From the NCBI GenBank assembly GCA_949282945.1, contig CASDQQ010000095.1, positions 1-42,944 of the forward strand: a stretch of 42,944 nt of DNA. Reading direction: 5' to 3'. Source of the DNA: an uncultured Eubacteriales bacterium (GTDB lineage: Bacteria > Bacillota > Clostridia > UBA1212 > CASDQQ01). The translations under genes were made by a program, and so were the position numbers. The notes beneath the pieces are model-generated. The model made no database searches. It had not been told where the DNA came from and saw nothing but the letters and a program-made list of their open reading frames with translations. Positions 8,958 through 17,882 of the stretch are shown here, piece by piece (within the stretch, counting starts at the first letter, position 1; the number at the start of each line of letters is the position of its first letter).

Positions 8958-10186
8958 TACCGGTTATCAAATATCCTCGTGGATTTTTTTTCGCTTCTTG
9001 GAAGTTCTCCTATGTCAGTAGGCTTTACTTCTACGGATATGCCTATCGAAGACTTAAATTTATTCTGTATCTCTATCTCCGCCGCATATTTATTGACGCC
9101 GGGATTGGTTTCTACAAAAAGCGTGCATATATCTCTTCCGTTCAAATGGTCTATCATAAACTGATATTCGCTGGAGGCCCCCTCTACTCCTGAAAGCACC
9201 TCCTCTATCTGGCTCGGAAAAATATTTACGCCCTTTACCTTCACCATATCATCCGTTCTGCCCAGTATCGTATCTATCCTTGGGTATTTATTTCCGCACG
9301 GACAATCTCCCGGTATCACTCTTGTAAGATCGTGGGTTCTGTACCGTATGAGAGGAGCTCCTTCTTTTTTCAATGTGGTTATTACCAGTTCTCCGATTTC
9401 TCCGTCCGGAAGATTCTCTCCTGTCTTTGGATCGACTATTTCAAAGTAAATATAGTCGTCCCACATATGCATACCGCATTCAAAATCACAGCTTATTCCT
9501 ATGCCGGGTCCGTATACCTCGGTGAGTCCGTATATATCATAAAGCTTTACTCCAAGCTCCCCGGCTATCCTTTTTCTCATTTTTTCTCCCCATCTTTCAG
9601 AGCCTATTATTCCTTTTTTCAGATAAATTTTATCTTTTATTCCTCTTTTTTCAATTTCCTCTGCCAGTAAAAGAGCATAAGACGAGGTGGCGCAAAGTAC
9701 GGTGGATTTCATGTCCATCATCATCTTAAGCTGCTTATCAGTATTTCCGGGTCCCATAGGTATTACCATTGCCCCAAGTTTTTCGGCTCCGGCCTGAAAA
9801 CCTATTCCCGCTGTCCAAAGCCCGTATCCTGGAGTTATATGTACTCTGTCAAACTTGGTAAGGCCCGCAGTTTCATAACATCTGCAAAACATTTCCGCCC
9901 AGTCCGACACATCTTTTGCAGTATACGGGATTATTACGGGAGTTCCGGTAGTGCCCGAGGAAGAATGTATCCTTACTACTTCCCCGTCCGGGACCGCCTG
10001 CAGTCCCAAAGGATACGCCTCTCTTAAGTCCCCCTTCCATGTAAACGGAAGCTTCTGAAAATCTTCCTGAGAATTTATGCTCTCCACGTCTGTATCTTTA
10101 AGTTTCTCTCCGTAAAAGCCTTTCTGCACCTTCAAATTCTTCAGCTGCTCTTTTATAAGTATAAATTGGGATTCTTTCATTTTCAT
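8954..10186 (-). CDS. paaK: Phenylacetate--CoA ligase family protein
   Basis: HSSSGTTG, YGLTEVYGPG, PLIRYRTHDL, GRTDDMVKVKGVNIFP. Confidence 0.88.
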   Translation of the reverse strand: MKMKESQFILIKEQLKNLKVQKGFYGEKLKDTDVESINSQEDFQKLPFTWKGDLREAYPLGLQAVPDGEVVRIHSSSGTTGTPVIIPYTAKDVSDWAEMFCRCYETAGLTKFDRVHITPGYGLWTAGIGFQAGAEKLGAMVIPMGPGNTDKQLKMMMDMKSTVLCATSSYALLLAEEIEKRGIKDKIYLKKGIIGSERWGEKMRKRIAGELGVKLYDIYGLTEVYGPGIGISCDFECGMHMWDDYIYFEIVDPKTGENLPDGEIGELVITTLKKEGAPLIRYRTHDLTRVIPGDCPCGNKYPRIDTILGRTDDMVKVKGVNIFPSQIEEVLSGVEGASSEYQFMIDHLNGRDICTLFVETNPGVNKYAAEIEIQNKFKSSIGISVEVKPTDIGELPRSEKKSTRIFDNRY

Positions 10187-10207
10187 ATTATGCGTCTCCT
10201 CCGGTCA

Positions 10208-10795
10208 TCATTTATTTTCATATACAATTTCAATAGCTTTTAAATTTATTTCATGAAATCTTGACGGCACAAGCTTTAAAACGGCGCTTTCAAGCTCTTC
10301 TTTTGATATTCCCAAAGCCCCGGATCTTGCTGCCGCCGCCAGTAAAACAGTATTCAGCACCTTAAAAGATCCGCATTTTCCGTATATTTCATCCCCGTTG
10401 ATCACTGTCAGATTTTCTATATTACACTTTAAATAATCTAGCATTTCTTCTCCGTTGTATCCGCTGTCCATAAGCGCCGCCGTAACCGGTTTCACAGCTT
10501 TATCATTAACGATTACCGTCCCTCCTTTTTTCAGATAGGATATGCACCTCACGGCTTCCGCAGGTTCAAATGCTATGATTACGTCCGCCGTTCCCTTTGG
10601 TATAAGGGGTGAGTCTATATTTTTCCCTACTCTTACATGGCTTGCCACACAGCCTCCCCTCTGGGCCATTCCTATGGTTTCTGCCGTTCTTACGTCCATC
10701 CCCTTTTCCATTGCCGCAAAGGCTATAAGTCTTGACGCAAGCACCGTCCCCTGTCCTCCTACCCCGCAGAGCAGGCAATTATTTACTGAATTCAT
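10208..10795 (-). CDS. iorB: Indolepyruvate:ferredoxin oxidoreductase beta subunit
   Basis: GVGGQGTVLAS, ETIGMAQRGG. Confidence 0.92.
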   Translation of the reverse strand: MNSVNNCLLCGVGGQGTVLASRLIAFAAMEKGMDVRTAETIGMAQRGGCVASHVRVGKNIDSPLIPKGTADVIIAFEPAEAVRCISYLKKGGTVIVNDKAVKPVTAALMDSGYNGEEMLDYLKCNIENLTVINGDEIYGKCGSFKVLNTVLLAAAARSGALGISKEELESAVLKLVPSRFHEINLKAIEIVYENK

Positions 10796-12642
10796 TTTAA
10801 ATTCCCCTCCTTATCCGAAGAGCATATGGCGCCTTTAGGACATACCTGAGTGCAAAGTCCGCAGCCAAAGCAAAGGGAATCTTCTATTTCCACCTTTCCG
10901 CCGTTCCTTACGATAGCCGGGCACCCCAGTTCTCTGATACATTTTTTACAGCCTATACAATCTTCTTTGCTTACATTAAATTTTTTCAGCGGTTTGCTTA
11001 TTGCTATACACGGCGATTTAAATATCACAGCCCTTACTCCGTCTTTCCCCGCCGCTTCCTTAACGGCGGCCACAGCCTCTTCAAGGCAGAAAGGATCTAC
11101 CGTTTTTACGTATGCAAGGCCTATAGCCTTAAGTATATTTTCGATGCTGATCTTTTGGGATATTTCTTTCATCATTGTAACCCCTGTGCCCGGGTGCGGC
11201 TGATGTCCCGTCATAGCCGTTGTGGAGTTATCCAGAACTATAAGTATCATATCCGTCTTATTGTAAACGGCGTTTATGACTCCTGTAATTCCGGAAGCAA
11301 AAAATGTGGAATCACCGATAAAAGCGAAATTTAAAGTATCCGGTTCTATACGGTGTATTCCCTGAGCTATAGTTACGTCCGCTCCCATACAGAGACATGT
11401 ATCCACCATATCCAAAGGTTGGGAATTTCCGAGAGTATAGCAGCCTATATCGCCGCTGAATACTGCTTTTTTACCTTTCGCCGCCTGTTTGACCGCATAA
11501 AATGAAGCTCTGTGAGGACATCCGGCGCATAATACCGGAGGTCTTGCGGGCATGGGCGGTATGTCACCTGACACATCTTCTCCATAATTTATATTTAACA
11601 GGCTGTTTAATACGGACTGTACTGATTCTACGCTGTTTTCACCTGCGGCCTGCACCGTGCCGTCTGATTTTCCTTTTACGGTAACTTTAAGATTATGCTT
11701 TCCACATATGTATACAAGCTCTCTTTCTACAACCGGATCCAGTTCCTCAAATACCAACACTTCACTGGCGTCTTTTAAAAACTCAAGCGCCAGTTTTTCC
11801 GGAAAAGGATATGCCGTAGCTATTTTGAGTATCCTTACATTGCGGGAGATATTATCGCCCATACATTTTAACGCTTCTTTTAAATAAGCATAGCTTATTC
11901 CGCTTGCGGCGATATGAAGCCAATTTCCGCTTTCAGCCCCTTCTTTTGGGCAGTCTTCTATCCAATTAAACCGGTATGAGGAAAAATCTTCTCCTATTTT
12001 TGGATTTCTATTTTCTATCTTCAAATGATTCAAATATGATGTTCTCGGAAAAATAACCCATCTTTGCGTATCCTTTATAAAACCTTCCGGAACATTTTTC
12101 TTTATGTTTTCATTTACTTTTACAGAAGCGCATCCGTGGCAAACTCTTGTGGTAGGCCTGAAAAGTACCGGCGTATTATATTTTTCCGAATATTCAAAGG
12201 CGTCTCCGATCATATCATAGGCCTCTTCCGGAGAGGAAGGATCAAAAACCGGCAATTTAGCAAAAGCCGCAAAATGCCTTGTATCCTGTTCTGTCTGCGA
12301 GGAAATGGGACCGGGATCGTCCGCGGACACTATCACCATTCCTCCTTTTATTCCCACATAAGCCAGGCTCATAAGCGGATCGGAAGCTACGTTCAGACCT
12401 ACCTGCTTCATGGTTACCAGGGTACGGGCCCCGGCGTATGAAGCTCCCGCGGCCACTTCAAGAGCCGCTTTTTCATTTACCGACCACTCTACATATATAT
12501 CTCCGTTATTCCTTTTTGCCACTGTTTCCAAAATTTCCGTCGAAGGGGTTCCGGGATATCCGGCCACTAAATTTACTCCCGCATGTATCGCTCCAAGAGC
12601 AATAGCTTCGTTCCCCATTAAAAATTCTTTCTTAAGTTCCAT
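10792..12642 (-). CDS. iorA: Indolepyruvate:ferredoxin oxidoreductase alpha subunit
   Basis: GNEAIA, YPGTPSTE, LCAGCPHR, GDIGCY, GDST; C-terminal 2x[4Fe-4S] cysteines. Confidence 0.93.
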   Translation of the reverse strand: MELKKEFLMGNEAIALGAIHAGVNLVAGYPGTPSTEILETVAKRNNGDIYVEWSVNEKAALEVAAGASYAGARTLVTMKQVGLNVASDPLMSLAYVGIKGGMVIVSADDPGPISSQTEQDTRHFAAFAKLPVFDPSSPEEAYDMIGDAFEYSEKYNTPVLFRPTTRVCHGCASVKVNENIKKNVPEGFIKDTQRWVIFPRTSYLNHLKIENRNPKIGEDFSSYRFNWIEDCPKEGAESGNWLHIAASGISYAYLKEALKCMGDNISRNVRILKIATAYPFPEKLALEFLKDASEVLVFEELDPVVERELVYICGKHNLKVTVKGKSDGTVQAAGENSVESVQSVLNSLLNINYGEDVSGDIPPMPARPPVLCAGCPHRASFYAVKQAAKGKKAVFSGDIGCYTLGNSQPLDMVDTCLCMGADVTIAQGIHRIEPDTLNFAFIGDSTFFASGITGVINAVYNKTDMILIVLDNSTTAMTGHQPHPGTGVTMMKEISQKISIENILKAIGLAYVKTVDPFCLEEAVAAVKEAAGKDGVRAVIFKSPCIAISKPLKKFNVSKEDCIGCKKCIRELGCPAIVRNGGKVEIEDSLCFGCGLCTQVCPKGAICSSDKEGNLK

Positions 12643-12679
12643 TTTTTACACCGTCTTTCAAATACGTGATTTTTTTGAT

Positions 12680-12709
12680 ATTATACTACATATAGGCTGA
12701 AAAGGACAA
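12680..12709 (-). promoter_or_regulatory. Putative sigmaA promoter of iorAB-paaK
   Basis: TTGTCC-N18-TATAAT. Confidence 0.5.
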
Positions 12710-12760
12710 GGACAGGCCAGATCGCTCCAAATAGTCAAAGCTTTATTTTCATATTACGGC

Positions 12761-12810
12761 AAAAAAATATATGCAGCCATCGGTAAATATACACCGATCA
12801 CTGCATATAA
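12761..12810 (-). terminator. Terminator after the small peptide gene
   Basis: TATATGCAG...ATCGGT / ACCGAT...CTGCATATA stem followed by T7 on the minus strand. Confidence 0.75.
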
Positions 12811-12843
12811 CATAATTACGGTCATTAAACGCAAATGTAAATT

Positions 12844-12957
12844 TTATCTGCCGTAGGCGAACGGTCCGCAATAATCGCTGCAAGCGCCTAAAGCCACTTG
12901 CTTTTTAAGCTCGTTTTTTCCTATGACCGTCATGGTAAATCTTTTCCATTCCTTCAA
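12844..12957 (-). CDS. Unannotated 37-aa peptide MKEWKRFTMTVIGKNELKKQVALGACSDYCGPFAYGR (RiPP-precursor-like or signal peptide-like)
   Basis: AAGGAGG RBS 7 nt before a TTG start; starts 18 nt after the regulator stop; followed by a terminator; missing from the ORF track because it is short. Confidence 0.7.
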   Translation of the reverse strand: MKEWKRFTMTVIGKNELKKQVALGACSDYCGPFAYGR

Positions 12958-12975
12958 GACAATCCCTCCTTTACA

Positions 12976-13977
12976 TCAGCTAGTCTTTCCTCCGTCCATG
13001 TAATGAGAAAGTTTATTATTCATTAAGGCGGAGGCAACTTTAAAATACTCCTTGTTTATTTTATAATAAATACACTTATTTGTCACCTCATAAACGTAAG
13101 TAACCTTTTCTTTCGTAAGCTCTGACAATACTCTGTACACAGACGCCTGGGAATAATCGTCAAGCAGGTTATATATATTGGCGGGAGTAAGTTTTTCATA
13201 TTCGTCCAGCAGGTCGATCACTTTCATTGCCAGGTCGCTTTTTAAAACATAGGCCACAGATTTAAAATTTACATGGGCATATCTATTGTTTTTCAGGAAA
13301 TCTCCACATCTCAATCCTAAAATATATACAGTTTCTTTATTATTTATAGAATATCTCAGAGCATACTGATCGAGCAGTGATATTCCGTATACCGTAATCT
13401 CATTTTCAAGCTCAAACCCGAGAGTGTTCTTTATCTGTCCCAACAAGCTTTTGCTCAGCTGAAAATTCTTTAAAACTAAATTGTTCTGTCGGTACAATTC
13501 GGATATATGCTTATATACAATTTCTACATCAGATATCAGTCTTTCGATCACCCTGTCATGCTCGTTGAAAAATATACCTATGCTGAGCTTGTGGTCGGCT
13601 TCAACGTCAAGCTCGAATATATCCGCGTACCCCACCGGTTTTTCACTATGAAAATAGAAATTCATTATGTAGTCAAACAGGACATCTTTATTATTGAATA
13701 ATCTACTGATCAGACTCTCCACAGACTGTATATTGTTAAAATTTTTCAGCAGAAAGTCCATTAAAGCGGAAGTCCTTATGCTGTTAACATATTTAAAAAA
13801 AACCAGATATTCCTTTGGAAAGCTATTTTCTATTTTTATCCTGCTGTAATATTTAAAAAACAGTATCTCATCATATCCGTAAAAGCTTATATCCGCATCT
13901 ATGGTATTTTTATTAAAATATATTTCAAAATATTTGACAGTATCATATAATATGGATCTGTTTAAATCAAATTGCAT
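12976..13977 (-). CDS. Putative transcriptional regulator with C-terminal ArsR-like winged HTH; paralog of 7908-8957
   Basis: VLKSDLAMKVIDLLDEYEKLTPANIY...SQASVYRVLSEL...IYYKINKEY; start set at MQFDL. Confidence 0.6.
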   Translation of the reverse strand: MQFDLNRSILYDTVKYFEIYFNKNTIDADISFYGYDEILFFKYYSRIKIENSFPKEYLVFFKYVNSIRTSALMDFLLKNFNNIQSVESLISRLFNNKDVLFDYIMNFYFHSEKPVGYADIFELDVEADHKLSIGIFFNEHDRVIERLISDVEIVYKHISELYRQNNLVLKNFQLSKSLLGQIKNTLGFELENEITVYGISLLDQYALRYSINNKETVYILGLRCGDFLKNNRYAHVNFKSVAYVLKSDLAMKVIDLLDEYEKLTPANIYNLLDDYSQASVYRVLSELTKEKVTYVYEVTNKCIYYKINKEYFKVASALMNNKLSHYMDGGKTS

Positions 13978-14021
13978 TGTATCACGTCTCAATTCATGTA
14001 GTTAATATTACTTTGTTTACC

Positions 14022-14050
14022 ATTATATTGTAATCTGGGTCTTATGTCAA
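14022..14050 (-). promoter_or_regulatory. Perfect-consensus sigmaA promoter driving the regulator and peptide
   Basis: TTGACA-N17-TATAAT on the minus strand. Confidence 0.8.
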
Positions 14051-14062
14051 ATTTATGATCTG

Positions 14063-14112
14063 CTTTTTTATAAAACCGGCGAGGGCCAAGGCCCCCGCCG
14101 TCACGGTTTTAT
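14063..14112 (-). terminator. Hairpin terminator after the ABC ATPase
   Basis: TAAAACCG...GGCG...CGCC...CGGTTTTA inverted repeat. Confidence 0.55.
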
Positions 14113-14125
14113 ATGACTAAAAATT

Positions 14126-14878
14126 TTATATTACACTGTTTATAAAATTCGCTATTCTCGGCAGCTCCGGATGATTAAAAATCCTGTCCGGCACATCATC
14201 GGCCAGTATTCCCGTTTCGTCCATAAATATGACCCGGTCAGCCGCTTCCCTGGCAAACCCCATTTCATGCGTGACTACTATCATCGTCATTTTTTCTTCC
14301 GCAAGCTCTTTCATAACGGCCAGAACTTCTCCCGTAAGCTGAGGGTCCAAAGAAGAAGTGGGTTCGTCAAAAAGGAGCATATCGGGGCCCATCATAAGCG
14401 CCCTGGCAATAGCCACCCGCTGTTTTTGTCCCCCTGACAGCTGAGAAGGCTTGGCGTCCCCTTTATCGGAAAGCCCCACCTTTTTCAAAAGGGCGTCCGC
14501 CCTTTTTTTCAGCTCCGCCGTATCCTCCTTCTTCACAAATTTAGGCGCGTATATTAAATTATCCATAACAGAAAGATGTGGGAACAAATTAAAATTCTGA
14601 AAAACCATTCCCATTTTAGAGCATATGGCTCTGCAGATTTTTTCCGGCTTATATTTTCCGTCCTCCACAAAAGGAGTTCCTTCAATATAAATACTTCCGC
14701 CGTCGGCCTTTTCCAAATTGATAAGACATCTCAGCATAGTGCTCTTTCCTGAACCGGAAGGCCCTATGACCGCAACAGTCTCGCCCTTTTTAACAGAAAA
14801 CGAGATATTTTTCAAAACCTCTAAAGTTCCGAATTTCTTACTTAGATTATTTACGTTTATAATATTGTCAGCAACCAT
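14126..14878 (-). CDS. Polar amino acid ABC transporter ATP-binding protein (GlnQ-like)
   Basis: GPSGSGKST, LSGGQKQRVAIARAL, DEPTS, VTHEMGFA. Confidence 0.93.
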   Translation of the reverse strand: MVADNIINVNNLSKKFGTLEVLKNISFSVKKGETVAVIGPSGSGKSTMLRCLINLEKADGGSIYIEGTPFVEDGKYKPEKICRAICSKMGMVFQNFNLFPHLSVMDNLIYAPKFVKKEDTAELKKRADALLKKVGLSDKGDAKPSQLSGGQKQRVAIARALMMGPDMLLFDEPTSSLDPQLTGEVLAVMKELAEEKMTMIVVTHEMGFAREAADRVIFMDETGILADDVPDRIFNHPELPRIANFINSVI

Positions 14879-14906
14879 TTTTTCACCTTTTATTCATGTG
14901 TTTATA

Positions 14907-15563
14907 TCAGTAAGCCATTTTCTTTTCAAGATATTTGAAAAGCCTGGTAAGAATAAGGGTAAACAGAAGATAAAACACAGCCGCGGCCACATAAGCTATG
15001 GGATTTGCGTCCCGGTTTACAGCTCCCTTTGTAAAATACAGTATTTCTGTCACGCCTATGGCGGTTATAAGCGAAGTATCTTTTACAAGGGTTATACACT
15101 CGTTTGCAACCGAAGGAAGGGAAACCCTCAGCATCTGCGGTACGACTATTTTTACAGAGGTCTGCGCCTGATTAAATCCAAGAACCTTGGCAGCCTCATA
15201 CTGGCCTTTGTCCACGCTCAACAATCCGCCTCTGAATATTTCGCAAAAATACGCCGCGTAATTTAATATAAACGCCAGACATGCCGCAGAAAATCTGTCC
15301 ATGACCAGATATTGCCCTATTCCCGGTATAAAGGTCAGCCCATAATAGAAGAAATAAAGCTGAAGTAAAAGAGGTGTTCCTCTCATCAGCCATATGTATC
15401 CGCCCAGTATACCTCTGAAAAAAGAGTATTTGCTGTTTCTTATAAAAGAAAGCAGCAAGCCTAAAGGTATTGCGATCACTACCGTGATCGCAAATAGCCC
15501 CAGAGTATATTTGATTCCCTCCGACAGTTGTCCGAAGAGCTTCAGCATATATGAAAAGTCCAT
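14907..15563 (-). CDS. Polar amino acid ABC transporter permease
   Basis: RGTPLLLQL, YAAYFCEIFRGG, GQYEAAKVLG, LVKDTSL. Confidence 0.93.
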   Translation of the reverse strand: MDFSYMLKLFGQLSEGIKYTLGLFAITVVIAIPLGLLLSFIRNSKYSFFRGILGGYIWLMRGTPLLLQLYFFYYGLTFIPGIGQYLVMDRFSAACLAFILNYAAYFCEIFRGGLLSVDKGQYEAAKVLGFNQAQTSVKIVVPQMLRVSLPSVANECITLVKDTSLITAIGVTEILYFTKGAVNRDANPIAYVAAAVFYLLFTLILTRLFKYLEKKMAY

Positions 15564-15569
15564 TTTTTA

Positions 15570-16409
15570 TTATTTATCCTTTTCTATGATGTATCTTCCT
15601 ACGACCTCGTCCACAACCATGGCGTCAATACGTCCCGCTTTTAAGTCATTGTAAACGTCTACATTGTTAGGGTACTGAGAAATACTCTCAAACTCGTCTT
15701 TGATCGGGTCCGCATTAACCGCGTTAAGCGCTGAAGAACCTTCCTGAAGCCCTACTACTTTTCCTTTTAGATCCTCTTTGCTGTTTATCCCGGAGTTTTC
15801 GGCAACGATTATTATCTGTCTGTTATTTATGTAAGGCTTTGCGAAAAACATTTCTTCAAGACGCTCGTCCGTAATGGACATACCGTTCCATATACAATCT
15901 ATTTTTCCGGAATTAAGTTCAAACTCCTTTGAATTCCAGTCTATCGGCTGGATCTTCAGCTCCACTCCCATTCTTTTGGCAACCTCTTTTGCAAGGTCGA
16001 TATCATAACCTTTTATCTCGTTGTCCTCGTCCAAAAAACCCATTGGAGGGAAAGAATCGTCAAGGCCCAATATAAAATAACCTTTATCTTTTATAGCCTG
16101 TAAAGAATTGTCTCCTTCCGGAGCGGCAGATTCTTCCAGATAGGACGCGTCTCTCAGAAGAGTATCCTTTCCAAACCATTCTTCTGAAATTTTTAAAGCG
16201 GTCCCGTCGGCTATCATTTCATCAAGTATTTTCTGTACCTCAAGTCCAAACGCGATATCTGTGCTCCTGAAGCCGATCCCATACTGCTCGCTCCCGAAAT
16301 TGTCTTCAAGCACTATATAATTTTTCTCGCCCGTACTCTGACATCCTGCCAGTAAAGCAGCAAACATTATTCCCGCACATGCTAAAGCTATTATCTTTTT
16401 CAGTTTCAT
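15570..16409 (-). CDS. Amino acid ABC transporter substrate-binding lipoprotein (SBP family 3), circularly permuted
   Basis: Lipobox LLAGC; GLDDSFPPMGF, GYDIDLA, WNGMSITDER; the normally C-terminal EQYGIGFR...ISEEWFG segment comes first. Confidence 0.88.
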   Translation of the reverse strand: MKLKKIIALACAGIMFAALLAGCQSTGEKNYIVLEDNFGSEQYGIGFRSTDIAFGLEVQKILDEMIADGTALKISEEWFGKDTLLRDASYLEESAAPEGDNSLQAIKDKGYFILGLDDSFPPMGFLDEDNEIKGYDIDLAKEVAKRMGVELKIQPIDWNSKEFELNSGKIDCIWNGMSITDERLEEMFFAKPYINNRQIIIVAENSGINSKEDLKGKVVGLQEGSSALNAVNADPIKDEFESISQYPNNVDVYNDLKAGRIDAMVVDEVVGRYIIEKDK

Positions 16410-16621
16410 TTTTATAACCTTTCTTTAAAACACTTTATTACAATAATGATACATTTTACTATAGCATTTATATCTGGAATTTTCAACCTAAAAATATTTA
16501 TACTTTATAAAAATATAGTTTACATTTTGAAAATTGCATTTTTACAGTCATGCTATATAATGAATTGTGCTGAATAGGATAATATGTCAAAGCAAAGACG
16601 CCGCCAGGGAGTAGGTCAACG

Positions 16622-17746
16622 ATGAACACACCATTTGGAAAATTTATTGGAAAGGAAATTTTTGGAAAACTTTTTTCCGGCTTTATATTAGTAAGTATAA
16701 TCTGGATCGCCTTTATGAAAGGACGTGCCACTGATCTGCTGTCGGATAATATCTGGCTGTCCTTTATAATTGGCGCTATATATATCATAACGGGATTTTT
16801 AGTCCTGTTGCAGAAAAGTATCACAGAGAAATGGCGCGGCAAAAATCCGGAAAAGATAATAGGGTTTGCTTCTTGTTTTTTTATATATGATTTTATGATT
16901 TTGCTGTTCTGGCAGATCCTGGCCATTATATTTTCAGTTTCGGAAAAATCAGCGGCGGCAGGAGTTTTTTGTTCGGATATTCTTGCGGCGGCAACTGTAA
17001 CTATGGGATATATGCATGCAAAAACCATAAAATACACACCATATTCCGTAAATATCGGAATGAAAAGCTCAGGTTATAGGATTGCTTTAATAAGCGATAT
17101 TCATTTGGGAGCTTTTGTGGGAGAAAAACATATTCAAATGATCGTAGATAAAATAAATAAACTTAACGCAGATCTGGTCGTAATCTGCGGGGATATTATC
17201 GATTCAAACAACCATATCCTGGCATACGACGAGGTTCTTTCCAAAGTCAGCGCAATATTTCAAAAAATATATGCAAAGGAAGGCGTTTTTGCCGTATTAG
17301 GCAATCATGATCCCAAAGCGGAAAATGAAAAATTTAAAATTTTTTTGTGTGCCTCAAACATACAGCTTTTGCATAATCAGGTTGTCCGACTTTCAAAAAT
17401 AAATCTGATCGGAAGAACAAATGCATATAATAACTATCGTTGTCCGATAAAAAATCTTTTAGAGAAAATTGACGGATCAATGCCCACCGTCGTTTTGGAT
17501 CACGACCCCGGCGATATATCGGAGGCCGCTGAATCCGGCGCTGATTTAGTATTGAGCGGCCATACTCATAAAGGCCAGTTCTTTCCGGCAACATATTTTA
17601 CAAAATTGGCAAATGGTAAACACTATTTTTATGGACATGAAATGTTTGGGAAAACACATGCTATCATTTCTTCTGGCGCAGGCTTTTTCTAGCTTCCAGT
17701 CCGTATAGGAACAAGTAATGAAATCGTCGATATTCATCTTACATAA
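16622..17746 (+). pseudogene. Membrane-anchored metallophosphoesterase (YkuE/YaeI-like) with an in-frame TAG at 17690-17692
   Basis: DIHLG, GDIID, GNHD, SGHTHKGQ; after the TAG the frame continues LPVRIGTSNEIVDIHLT, the family's usual C-terminal motif. Confidence 0.75.
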
Positions 17747-17791
17747 CATTGGTTTTTAGATTTTGCCATATATTAGTAAAGCTAAACGGAC

Positions 17792-17847
17792 CGGTCAAAA
17801 GTCAGGGCTAAAATGAATAGGCTTGTACATGCCCTGACCGTTGACCG
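17792..17847. terminator. Hairpin between convergent genes
   Basis: CGGTCAA-AA-GTCAGGGC / GCCCTGAC-CG-TTGACCG. Confidence 0.55.
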
Positions 17848-17882
17848 CCGACCGGTTGCTTTCACGGTCTGTGTACATCCTT

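Noticed and set aside
14718-15266. 182-aa plus-strand ORF
   Set aside because: Antisense to the conserved ABC transporter genes
16498-17037. 179-aa minus-strand ORF
   Set aside because: Antisense shadow of the metallophosphoesterase, with no recognisable motifs
17690-17692. Pyrrolysine or stop-codon reassignment at the TAG
   Set aside because: No pyl genes in the window and TAG is used as a normal stop elsewhere (metG, GT2); a point mutation is simpler
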